DNA of 34,363 nucleotides from Batkoa obscura (Eukaryota): NCBI GenBank assembly GCA_030770535.1, contig JASVEC010000187.1, positions 1 to 34,363 of the forward strand, read 5' to 3'. Shown piece by piece: positions 11,923 to 23,488 of this stretch (position 1 is its first letter; each line of letters starts with the position of its first letter). The notes under the pieces were generated by a model. It saw only the letters and a program-made list of their open reading frames with translations, ran no database searches and was not told where the DNA came from. The position numbers and the translations under genes were made by a program.

Positions 11923-14900
11923 ATTACCTCATTTGAAGAGTTTAAAATATATATTTAAACAACGATTATTTTTAGGAAACGAATTAAATTTAAATAATAA
12001 AGAGAGTATTGATTATGGATATAGTAAAATATTAAATCATATTAATTATCGTAATGAACAAAAAGAAAAAATACAATTATGGTTAAACAATATTGATTTA
12101 TCTCAATTTAAACAATTTAAAGATTTAATTTTTAATTTTTTATTAAATTTTAATAACAACAATAATAATGAAGATGATTTACTATTGTTAAATTATATAC
12201 AACAAAATAAAGATATATTGAAACAAAATATATCTAATATTGATCAATTATTTAATGAAGATTGGATATTACATCGTTCTTATTGGTTAATATTATTTGA
12301 TACATTAAACAACGATTTATTTAACAATGGTTATCAACGAGTATTAATGAATGAAAATATTAATATTAATTTGATTATAATTAATAACAATTTAAATCAA
12401 AAAGATTTAGGGTTGTATGCTATGAATTATAATACAAGCTATGTAGCATCTACTGCTATTTATCAATCTTATCAACAAACAATACGATCTATTATTGAAG
12501 CTAATTTATTTAATGGACCTTCTATTTTATTAGGATACTTACCTATTGATAATTTATTACAATTAAATCATATCAAATTAATTCAACAAAGTAAAAGAGT
12601 TGTTGATTCAGGAGATTGGCCTTTATATCGATATAATCCTAATAATAGTAATATGGAATTAGATTCAAAAGTAATTAAACAAAATTTACAACAGTTTATT
12701 GATAAACAACAATTATTTAGTTTATTAACTAAACAAAACAATACTAATATCAATAACAATAATAATAATCAAGTAGATAATTTAATTAATTCACAGCAAA
12801 AAAAAGAAAAATTTATACAAAATTCATTTAATAGCTTACTAAATAATTTAACAAATAATGATGAGCCCCCAATTACTATATTATACGGCTCGGATGGTGG
12901 TAATGCCGAAAAAGTAGCTAAAAAGTTAAGTCAAAGTATAAAACAACGCAATAAAAACGTACAATTATTTAAAGGCAATGATTATGATATACAACAATTA
13001 AATAAAGAACATTTAATGTTATTTATTATATCAACTGCAGGACAAGGGGAAGCCCCATTAAATATTAAACATTTTATTAAATCAATTAATCAAAAAGATA
13101 TTGATTTATCTCATTTAAAAATAGGAATCTTTGGTTTAGGTGATTCTCATTATTGGCCTAATGATAAAGATTTAATTTATTTTAATAAACCTAGTAAAGA
13201 TTTAAATTTAAGACTACAGCAATTAAATGCAACGTCTATAATAGAATTAGGATTAGGGGATGATCAAGATCCAGAAGGTTATCAAACTCAATATAAATTA
13301 TGGGAACATCAATTATTTATAAAATTAAATATTGATGATATTAAAGTTGATGATGAAGTAATTATTACAGATGACTTACATAAAATTAATTCTAACTATT
13401 TACGTGGTACTATATTACAAGGTTTAAATGATTCAAGTACAGGAGCATTAAGTGAAGGAGATACTAAATTAACTAAATTTCATGGTATTTATCAACAAGA
13501 TGATCGAGATTTAAGAGAAATAAGATTAAGTAATAATTTAGAACCTGCTTTTTCATTTATGGTAAGAGTAAGGGTACCAGGTGGTATTGCTACTGCAGAA
13601 CAATATTTGCAAATGGATGATATATCAACTAAATTAACTAATGGCAGTATTAAAATAACCACAAGACAAGCTTTCCAATTTCATGGAGTTATTAAAAAGA
13701 ATTTAAAACCAACAATACAAAATATAAACAAATGTTTAATGGATACATTGGCTGCTTGTGGTGATGTCAATCGTAATGTTATGTTAACTGTTAATCCACA
13801 AGCTAATCATGCCTATGAAACTATATTTAAATTTTCAAAGGATTTGTCCGAATATTTATCTCCAAAAACATCTGCTTATCATGAAATCTGGTTACAAGAT
13901 AAATTAGTAGCAGGTGGGGATGTGTTAGTAGATTATGAACCTTTATATGGCCCAACTTATTTACCACGTAAATTCAAAATAGCTATAGCAATACCACCAA
14001 ATAACGATGTAGATGTATTTGCTCATTGTTTAGGCTTTATTGCTATTATTAAAAATAACCAGTTAATTGGTTTCAATGTTACTGTTGGTGGGGGTATGGG
14101 TATGACTCATAATAATACAGCTACCTTCCCTAGATTAGCAGATCATTTAGGCTTTTGTACTTTAGAACAAGCATGTGAAGTAGCTGAAAAGGTATTATTA
14201 GTACAAAGGGACTTTGGAGATAGAACTAATCGTAAACATGCACGATTAAAGTATACTATTGAAGATAGAGGGATCAACTGGTTCCGTAATGAGGTTGAAG
14301 ATAGATTAGGTTATAAATTACAAACTATTAAAGAATACTCCTTTAAATCTAATGGGGATCGTTATGGTTGGTATCAAAATGAAGGTAGTTTAAATTATGA
14401 ATGTGGTTTGTTTATGCAAAATGGACGAATTAAAGATGAATCTGGCTATACATGGAAAACTGGATTACGTGAAGTTTGTTTATTAATGAAACAATATAAT
14501 TTTGGTCGATTAATATTAACTCCAAATCAAAACTTAGTATTATCTAATATTCCACCCAAATATCAGAAACAAATTGAATCTATATTAACTGAAAACAATT
14601 TATATCAAACTCCTAATTTTACTAAATTAAGATTAAACTCTATGGCTTGTGTAGCATTACCTACATGCTCTTTAGCTATGGCTGAAAGTGAACGTTATTT
14701 ACCAAGTTTAATAGATAAACTTGATAACTTAATTCATGATAATGGATTATCACTACAAGATATAAGTATTCGAATGACAGGATGTCCAAATGGATGTGCA
14801 AGACCATATGTAGCTGAAATTGCCTTGGTAGGTAAAGCAGCCAATATTTATAATTTATACTTAGGTGGTGGATATCGTGGGGATCGATTAAATAAATTAT

Positions 14901-15061
14901 TTAAAGAAAATGTTGATGAAAAAGAAATCATTGATATATTAAGTAGATTGTTTAAAAGGTATGCTTTAGAAAGATTAGTGGAGGAAAGATTTGGAGATTT
15001 TGTTATTAGAACAAATATCATTAAGGAAACTACATCCGGGAATAATTTTCATGTTTTATAA
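11045..15061 (+). CDS. MET5: Assimilatory sulfite reductase [NADPH] beta (haemoprotein) subunit, fungal Met5/Ecm17 type
   Basis: 1338-aa intronless ORF. Flavodoxin domain (ILYGSDGGNAEKVA, STAGQGEAP, FGLGDSHYW), SiR/NiR core (KFHGIYQQDDRD, TTRQAFQFHG, YLPRKFKIA) and siroheme/[4Fe-4S] ligands CVALPTC and GCPNGC. TATATAAAA at 11007-11015. Confidence 0.96.
11873..11920 (+). repeat. (AAT)16 microsatellite encoding poly-Asn within MET5
   Basis: Perfect in-frame trinucleotide run. Confidence 0.95.
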
Positions 15062-15308
15062 ATAAAAGATTATTATATATTATGTTTGTTTATTACCTGT
15101 TTTTAATGTCATGAAGAATTTCAATTTTTATTGACTTCAATTTGAACTATCATGTAATCAGTAAAGAATATTTAATATTTCAGTATTAAATTATTTAAAA
15201 AAAAGTGATTCCATATTATTTGTAATTACCTTAACATCAATGATTGAAGTAACAAAAAATCATAAATAAATACTGAAATTTTAATTAAATATATAAAAAA
15301 CTATATAT

Positions 15309-15407
15309 GGGGATGTTTTTTTTGGCTTCATTATTTTTTCTATCTTTTAAGCGCTGTTTGGGTAGAAAAATTGTTAGCAAAATTCTCAAATACAAAAATA
15401 CATCCCC
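15309..15407 (+). mobile_element. MITE family A, copy 10, with an empty site in the duplicated arm
   Basis: GGGGATG...CATCCCC, ATAT TSD. The mirror position 4523-4526 lacks the element and has a single ATAT. Confidence 0.95.
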
Positions 15408-16873
15408 ATATAAAGACCAAGATTTTAGTTAAAGTTATAAAAGAAATTGTAATTAAATTTTATTTTGATATAAAAAACTAATCCCAAACTTCAATTCTTT
15501 TTGCAGTTGAACTCAATAAATCCGCTATTTCTCCAACCTTCCTGCCATGCGAAATAACCAAGGCTACATTTTGAGTCACTGTTCTTAAATTCCTGTAAAG
15601 TATGACTCAAGTTTCTTGCTCTACAATTGGAAGTTCTATAAACACATTCACAAGAAGTATTTCTATTAGTAACACGATGTTGATAAACAGGTCTACAATT
15701 GGTTTGTAAGGTAGAAGAGATTCTAGCTAAACATTCATTTTTGAGATCTGAAGTTTGAACATCTATTTTTTGAACACAAGTATTACCTGAATATTGTGTC
15801 TGGGATGAGATAGAGTTGAAGAGATAGAAGCAAACAGCGAGTACTTGGGAGGTTTTCATTTTATATTATCAAGATGTTTTATATTCTAAACTAATGGTTT
15901 TGGAAATACAATATGTAGTATTTGTTCTAAGAGTTGGTATGATATATTAAAGAGTTTAATCGATGCTTTATATACTTTTTGTATTTAATAATTTAATAAA
16001 TAATTTGATTGAATAATTCATAATTTAATATTATTTAGTTAAAGAATATTAAATAAAGGACTTGAGTCTGGCCATGACATAGTTTTTATTATTTTAAGTC
16101 TGAAGTTTTATTAAGATATATACTTTATCTAGCGTCATTGCTAAAGATGCCAATACTTTAGTTAGGGTTCTTTTACGAGAACAATTATGCATCAATATAA
16201 AGGATACTATGACTAAATTATCTAATTAAAGTTCGGGATCTTAATGTAGTTAAGAGTAGTTTTATTATCTAACCTTTTAAAACTCATTTTGCATTAATAA
16301 TCTTTTTTAGTTTACAACTTCTATCTTGTTTTTGATTAATAATGGTAGAGTATTTGATTAATTTTTTAATTCCGATATTAATTTAGACAGAATAATAACA
16401 ACAATAGTAATAAAATTAAAATAAATTAAATCAATGTTTTAGTTAACGCTATTTGCCAAGTAAGCTTGATTTCCATATTAAACTTTTAGCAAAGAAATGC
16501 TATATTTCAATCTAATTGCCCATTCTATTTATTTTTCTCATTTTTTTATGCACCCAAAAATATAACTATAAATAATGACTATGACATAAGAAAGTTCAAA
16601 TGTCAAAGAAAAAATATTATTACATTATGAAATGACTTATTCCATCTTAAATTTTCCTTTATATTATTTTTTAACTATTATAATAATCAGTTTACATAAA
16701 TTAAACTATAACCACAAAAGTTGGTACGACTTTAGAAACGCAATTCATCTTAAATATACCAAAATAAAGTCTACTGTTGAAAATTATATCAATTGGCTTC
16801 ATAATCAAGTAAAAAAAGAATTAATATACAAGTTACAGGGGTATGAAGAATATTAATTGAAATTAAACAATAG
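15408..16873 (-). repeat. Right arm core of the 1466-bp inverted repeat (partner 3061-4526)
   Basis: Reverse complement of the left arm. Confidence 0.95.
15491..15859 (-). CDS. Small secreted cysteine-rich protein (122 aa), copy 2, identical to copy 1
   Basis: Translation identical to 4075-4443. Confidence 0.88.
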   Translation of the reverse strand: MKTSQVLAVCFYLFNSISSQTQYSGNTCVQKIDVQTSDLKNECLARISSTLQTNCRPVYQHRVTNRNTSCECVYRTSNCRARNLSHTLQEFKNSDSKCSLGYFAWQEGWRNSGFIEFNCKKN

Positions 16874-17230
16874 GAAGCGAACATGCTTGTTAAATTCAAT
16901 AGTCAAGCTATGTACTTTAGGTTATGATAATGGCTTATCTCAACAAGATATTATCATCTAAAGGACCAGTTATCTTTACGGTTGTATAATATTTTATGTA
17001 ATTAAGGTTGATTTAGTAGATAAAGTGTTAAATACAAATAACTCATATTTAAGTGGGGATTGTTACAGAGATAAATTAAATATATCGGCTAAAAAATAAC
17101 TAAAAAAGCAACCGTTGAAATACTTGTGTAGTCGATTAAAAGATGTGCTAAAAAGATAACTTGTTAAAAAGTCAAAAAAATTAGTTATTAAAACTAGGGT
17201 TAAAAAGTAACTAAAAAGCCCTTTGCAAAA
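16728..17230 (+). pseudogene. Degenerate sulfite reductase (MET5) 3'-end fragment with internal deletion, right arm
   Basis: 16728-16873 aligns to MET5 ~14210-14358, then jumps about 325 bp. It continues YDNGLSQQDIII*RTSYLYGCIIFYVIKVDLVDKVLNTNNSYLSGDCYRDKLN (MET5: HDNGLSLQDISIRMTGCPNGCARPYVAEIALVGKAANIYNLYLGGGYRGDRLN), then VEILV*SIKRCA and LVIKTRVKK. Right end is approximate. Confidence 0.82.
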
Positions 17231-17393
17231 AAAGATTTTACATTATATTGATAATCTTCATTATTATTTTAAATGAATGGAATTTTATTTACTTTGGTCT
17301 TAAATGAAGTAAAAAGTATAGAAAGAGTTAAAATAGATCTATTTAGTACTATTTTTTTGCTAAAACAATACATAAATATAATATTTAGTATAT

Positions 17394-17492
17394 GGGAGTG
17401 TTTTTTTTGACTTCATTATTTCTTCCATTTTTTAAGCACTATTTAAGCGGAAAATTTGTTAGCAAAATTCTTAAATACAAAAATACATCCCC
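17394..17492 (+). mobile_element. MITE family A, copy 11
   Basis: GGGAGTG...CATCCCC, ATAT TSD. Confidence 0.9.
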
Positions 17493-17542
17493 ATATTCAG
17501 AACTGATAAACATTAATCAAAGCACTTTTTATAGCTTAATTA

Positions 17543-17638
17543 GGGGATGTGTTTTTGTGTTTAAGAATTTTCCTAACAATTTTTCTACTCAAATGATACT
17601 TAAAAGGGGAAAAGTAATGAAGCCAAAAAAAGGTCCTC
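17543..17638 (-). mobile_element. MITE family A, copy 12
   Basis: GGGGATG...GGTCCTC, ATTA TSD. Confidence 0.88.
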
Positions 17639-17886
17639 ATTATAATAATTACAACATAATTAAAAGGACAATTTTTTTAAACCATATTTAAATATTAAAA
17701 GAAACACTTTTATATATTATGTTGTTATTTTAAAACATAGCTATTAAACTTAATAAGTAACAAGTATCTTTATAATAAATAGTAACTATTAGCATATATA
17801 TTGTTAATCAAGTTTTTTTTAAATAAAAAAAGGTAAAATAATGTTAACTAAGTATAGCTTTTAGTTATGATTATTAACTTTTTAAT

Positions 17887-18286
17887 TGTGAAATCTGGTA
17901 CTCAGGGTTTGGAGTCAAGGACAGCTATTGCTGGGTTGACTACACTGTAAGTCGAAAGGTCTTAGTTTATGTGACTAAGATAGACTTGGGTTATGAGGAA
18001 TAGCACGTAATAGGTTACAAGCTATATAAGACAAATAGAATAGACAATACTAATGTAAGATCTATGTAAAATACTATTAAGAAAACTTAGTGGCTTTATT
18101 AAATGTTCGAGATATCAAGGAATAATTCATCTAAAAAGCCTCGAACTATTATACTCTGTAAACTCTTTTATACTCTGAAAAGTATAAGTATCAAAATGAG
18201 AAGATAATATTCTTTTGGGTGGAACTAGAAATTCTCATAACAAATCAAAATAATTAACCATGGGACTGACAAGGCGATATTTCACA
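17887..18286 (+). mobile_element. TGT...ACA element family B (400 bp; ~64-bp deletion relative to the 464-bp copy)
   Basis: TGTGAAAT...ATTTCACA 8-bp inverted ends, flanks TAAT/TAGT. Highly similar to the reverse complement of 32214-32677. Confidence 0.88.
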
Positions 18287-18646
18287 TAGTTATACTTATT
18301 AGCTTTTCAATTAAATTAATATTAATATTTAGCTTATGCTTAGCTATATACTTTTAAAAAACAACTAATAATAGGACTATTTAATTAGCTTGTTATTAAA
18401 TAAAAAACTCATATTTGTATTAATAATAACTATTTTCTAGTTCAAATAGTATAAAGTTTAGCTTATAAAAAAACAAAAATTTTCAACTTTTTCTTGTAAT
18501 TGATATTTAATTTGAATATTTTTAAGCTTTATATTTAATTGACTTATTTAATTTATGTGTTTTAAATAAATATTATTTAAAATTACAAAAAACTATCTAG
18601 TCAAACTCACTTTGTTTTATTTATAGCTAATCTGAAATAACACTAT

Positions 18647-18745
18647 GGGGATGTATTTTTGTATTTAAGGATTTTCCCAACAATTTTTCCACTCAAATAG
18701 CACTTAAAAGATGGAAAAGATAATGAAGTAAAGAAAAACATCACC
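18647..18745 (-). mobile_element. MITE family A, copy 13
   Basis: GGGGATG...CATCACC, CTAT TSD. Confidence 0.88.
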
Positions 18746-18799
18746 CTATGTTAAACTTAAAGGAAAATTATATTAAAACATAATAATAAAATAGGATAT

Positions 18800-18859
18800 G
18801 AGAGTGTTTTTTTTGACTTCGCTTTTCCATTTTTTAAGCGCTATTTGAGCAGAAAAATT
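18800..18859 (+). mobile_element. MITE family A, truncated (copy 14)
   Basis: Left ~60% of the consensus (...TTTTAAGCGCTATTTGAGCAGAAAAATT). Right end missing. Confidence 0.75.
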
Positions 18860-19645
18860 CAATAAGGTTATTAGATATTTTAATAAGATAAAATAGATAG
18901 AAAGCTTAATTTTATTAGTAAAGTTAAGCAAATTACTTGTAAAAAATATTAATAATCAAACATTAACATATTATCTTAAAAATAAGAGTATAGTATCCTT
19001 AAACTATATTATTATATATTTTAAAATTAATTTTTAATTATATTAGCTTTCAATAAATTATTTTTAATATTAAACAAATACTATAAATTTTGTCTAAAGC
19101 TTCTAACTTTCGTGTAACAAATTTAACATAATATAGACAAAAAGATAGAACTAAGGTTGAGTTGTAGAAGAAATTTTTTATAAAAATAGGTATTGGTTGA
19201 AAGAATAACATTTAGAAATCCAAAAGTGAGTCTTATGATGTTTAATTGAAAAAAACACCAATAGTTAAGGTGGAGTAGTAAAAAGAGAGCCTTTAAAGAT
19301 CATAAAAACAGATAGGATGATGCGGAATAAGTGAGCTAAAAATGAGACAGTAATTTTAATAGGTAAAAATGATAATCTCGCTTTTTTTCTGGTGGATAAC
19401 AAAAGATATTTTTGTAAAGGTCATTGCTTGGAAGCTGGAGATAATGAGAAGGAGATAAAGGTTTAAAGGTTTAAAAGCCCTTTTAGTGTGATGCTGTGAT
19501 AGTAGTAAAATTGGGACAATAGCGTAGAGAAATATGAGCCAAAGGTTATGGAAAGGAGTCTGAAAGAGGAGGAAGAAAATTTATGTCATTTATCATTGGA
19601 AAATACTAAGATGGAGAAAATTACTTAAAAGACTAATATTAAAAT

Positions 19646-20014
19646 TTAGTTCTTTTTACAGTAAAATTCAATAAATCCACTATTTTTCCAACCTTCCTGC
19701 CATGCGAAATAACCAAGACTACATTTTGAGTCACTGTTCTTAAATTCAGCTAAAGTATGGCTAAGGTTTCTTGCTTTACAGTTGGAAGTTCTGTAACTGC
19801 ATTCACAGGATACATTTTTATTAGATACTTTATGGCAATAAGTTGATTTACATTGTGTTTGCAAAGTTGATGAAATATATGATAAACATTCATCTCGGAG
19901 GTCTGAAGTTTGAACATCAACTTTTTCAACGCAAGTGTTTCCAGAATATTGTGTCTGTGATGAAATAGAGTTCAAGAGATAGCAGCAAAGACCGATTAGT
20001 TGGATGATTTTCAT
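19646..20014 (-). CDS. Small secreted cysteine-rich protein (122 aa), diverged copy 3
   Basis: 94/122 residues identical to copies 1/2 by manual count. All 8 mature Cys conserved plus one extra. About 430 bp of upstream sequence is also recognisably homologous. Confidence 0.88.
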   Translation of the reverse strand: MKIIQLIGLCCYLLNSISSQTQYSGNTCVEKVDVQTSDLRDECLSYISSTLQTQCKSTYCHKVSNKNVSCECSYRTSNCKARNLSHTLAEFKNSDSKCSLGYFAWQEGWKNSGFIEFYCKKN

Positions 20015-21446
20015 TTTGTATATTTTAATATTATTTACCGCTTTTAATTAACAGATTAAGAAATATAATGTTTAGTACTTATTCTAAGAGCTGGTATAAT
20101 ATTTTTGGTAGTTTAGTTGACGATTTATATACTTGCTTATTTGTCTATTTAGTTCAGGTTTGCTATGGAATATAAACAAAGAATTTGAACCTGGGTGTGA
20201 TATAATGTTTATTATACAAGGCTTGGACTTTTATTAGGATAAGTACGTCATTTAATATTAAAGCTATATATATCTATAGTATTGAGATTAAATATTGCTA
20301 TAATCCTCTGCAAAATAATCATACATAAGTATAAACGATGTTATTTATAAATAATCTGATTGAAATTTAGGTCCAGGACCTTATGATACCGGGGAATCAG
20401 TTTTATGATATAATCCTTCAAAATTTTATTTGGATTAATAATACAATATTTTTATTTATAATTTCCACAGATTTTATTATTATTAGCATAACGCACTAAT
20501 AGCTCATTAAATCTGGTGTTGAAATAAGTCAAATATAATAATAATAATATAAAATGAATAAAAATTGAAAAATTTACCTCAAAAGCAAAATTTATGCTAT
20601 TTATTACAGCTTCAACTTTGAAATTTTTTAGGAAAGAGCACTGTTTAAAAAAATTGCACACGTTATCTTTATTTTCATTTAATTATGCAATCAGATAAAT
20701 GGTCCCATAAATATCGGCTGGGTACAAGAGTTTCTAACTCAAATCCTAAAAGAAAGATGTATTTAAAGACTCGATGTAAAGCTGTGGCTTCTAACAAGGT
20801 AAAAAATACTATAAATATCTGCGATAAAAGAGATGGATTTACTCCTTGAGTAAAGCTATTATTAGTAATAAAAAAGCATTTGATTTTTGAACTTGAAATC
20901 TACTACATGAGAGTATCCTTGTACTTTCGAATTTTTCTCCACTACTTAAATGGCATGAAATATAAGCAAATCATTAACCAAAACCTTAAAAGATGGTCAT
21001 CTTTATAGAATACAACGCTTATATAAAAATACAGGTTTATCCTCAGTCTTTTACCGAAAGACTAGAGATGTAATAAGATAAAGCTGTATAAAATATACTA
21101 ACTTAATCCAAAATGTAAAAACAAAAACTCTAAACTTCATAAAGCTTCTAAGTCTCACTTAACTTGGATCCTAACTTATTAAAACGTATAATACTGCATC
21201 TTTCTAACATTTGTTTATTATAATGGATATAGTGAAAAACAAAATTCATTGAATCAAAAATATTTGTTAAATTGGTTAAAAGCTTTAGTTTAAATATTTT
21301 ATACTAAATTAAGAGAATTATAAACTTTATACCAGCTTCTATCAATTTTTCTAACAATAAATGACTATAAAAACGACCAGACTTTAGCTTTTGCTATACC
21401 ACCTTATGTATTTATCATATTTTATTAAACTGTATCTTTAGCAGAT

Positions 21447-21545
21447 GGGGGTGTTTTTTTTAGCTTCATTACTTTTTCCATCTTTTAAGCACTATTTCAG
21501 TGGAAAAGTTGTTAGTAGAATTCTTAAACACAAAAATCCATCCCC
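21447..21545 (+). mobile_element. MITE family A, copy 15
   Basis: GGGGGTG...CATCCCC, AGAT TSD. Confidence 0.92.
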
Positions 21546-21800
21546 AGATGGTAAATCAAGAATAAATATGAAATTCAGTCAAGTTAATATCAAGTTTATA
21601 AATTTGCAATATTATTGGTAATTTGGGCAAATTTTACAGTCATCCCTGCTTTACCATCTATTCAAAATATGAGTTTGTTAATTTATTTTTTAATAAAGTT
21701 CCATCATACATAAATTACATCAAGCCCATATTGGGCACTTCAAAAAATGTGTAAACATTCTCTCCCTATTAAAAAATAAATGGTATCTTATTAAACATTT

Positions 21801-21899
21801 GGGGATGTATTTCTGTATTCAAGAATTTTATTAACAATTTTTCCACCCAAATAGCGCTTAAAAGATGGAAAAAATAATGAAGCCAAAAAAAACAGCCCC
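21801..21899 (-). mobile_element. MITE family A, copy 16
   Basis: GGGGATG...CAGCCCC, ATTT TSD. Confidence 0.92.
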
Positions 21900-23488
21900 A
21901 TTTACTACTTTTAGCTATTTCTAAAACCAGCAATTTAAATAATTTATTTAAAAATACATTATGTTCCTGAGTTGATATTATAATAGTAAAGAACATTTTT
22001 TTAAAAAAATCAGCTCTTAAATTTACGGGTATAAAAACATTTGTATCATTTTTTGATATACCATTTTTATTTTATTTTCAAAAAAACTCGAATATTACTT
22101 TATTTTTCAAGTTTAATTTTAGCTTTATTTGACCAGAAGAACTTTAAAAGGTGGTAGGATAAAATATTCTAATCACAAGCAATGAACAGTTAGATAATAT
22201 CAGAATCCAAACATACCAAACATTGATTTTCTTATATTATTAATACAGTTTTTTTAATTATATGATAAATTAATATTAGTTAAAATAAAAGCTTGGCAAA
22301 AACGCAACCTTTTTTTATCTGATATTTATAGGTTTATTCTTTGTTTAAACAAGGCCAACTTTGGTCAACTGATAATGTACAACTTCATTTTGAGTATTCA
22401 AAGTAGTATGAAAGATTTTAGATATAAACAAAAGTACTTTGAGACTGTAATAAATTATTCTTATGTCTTATTTTAAAATGCTGGCCTTTAAAAAGTCATC
22501 TTCATATCGTTTTAATAGGTAAGCTATGATTTTTAAAGCTGCATTAAAAACAACGGCGGATTAAACTTTTATGTGTAATTAAAACAAGCTGAAGAATTTT
22601 TTTAAAATTCTGCCTACAAATTTACTTTAAAATCAGTAAAATCTAGATGTAGATGAAGGTATCAATTTCATTATGATGCTTAACTATGATCATTTTCATC
22701 TAATTTGATTCAATAATCACTAATTATTAGGTACAAGTTCTAATTATTCTAAATAAGCATTATTTTCTAAATGATATCCTAAAATCACGCCTTAAAAGAA
22801 TAAATTTCAGTTCAATTTGTACTTGTTTAATAATGCCGCTGAATATCAATTTTCTGATATATTTAATATTATAAACACATCTAACCTTGATCATTATCTT
22901 TACTTTATCAAAAAGAAGATCGAAATTAAATACTTTTATGCTTGTTTCTGCTAACAAACAAAATGAGTAAAACATAAACGCAAAACTATCAAAATAGTTT
23001 CTATTAGAATATTCTTGGTCTAAATTAAGTTCTAAGAAGAGTATATTATTAATAGCTTATTAAACATGAATTATAAGTTGATGAGATGTTAAATCAGAAA
23101 AAACGACCATTAAATTTATTAATAAAACTTTAGAGATTTTATGTTTTAGAATTAAGCAAGGGTTTTAGCCAAGAAAAGAGGCATTTGATTGGTATCCGAA
23201 AATTTTTATATAATTTTAAAGTTTTTTAACATTTCCTTTTTATAGAAATCAAATCGCCAAGATATTATGTTGTTTTTGTATTTAAGACTAATTTATCACT
23301 TAACTTGATACTTTAACCACCCTCTTCCCAGTTTATTAAAAAATAAATTAGAGTTATATTTGATTCGCTTATTATTTTAATGTTAGTTACTATGAATGTA
23401 CTTTGATTTTGCCGTTATGCCATATATTAAGATTCGAAAAGTATATAAACCCAAAATTTGAAATAAAATTCAAAGAACACTGTTAATA

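Noticed and set aside
16632..16856. 74-aa ORF duplicated at 3078-3302 as a real gene
   Set aside because: Its identity is explained by the inverted repeat, and its 3' half is decayed MET5 sequence.
3061..16873. Inverted arms as giant TIRs of a composite or Pack-type transposon carrying MET5
   Set aside because: There is no TSD at the outer edges (…AGTTTATTT vs GAAGCGAAC…) and no transposase. Decayed homology continues past the edges, so they are not element termini.
20680..21420. Possible further pseudogene (F-box-like or MET5 fragment) upstream of secreted-protein copy 3
   Set aside because: No frame gave a recognisable alignment by eye.
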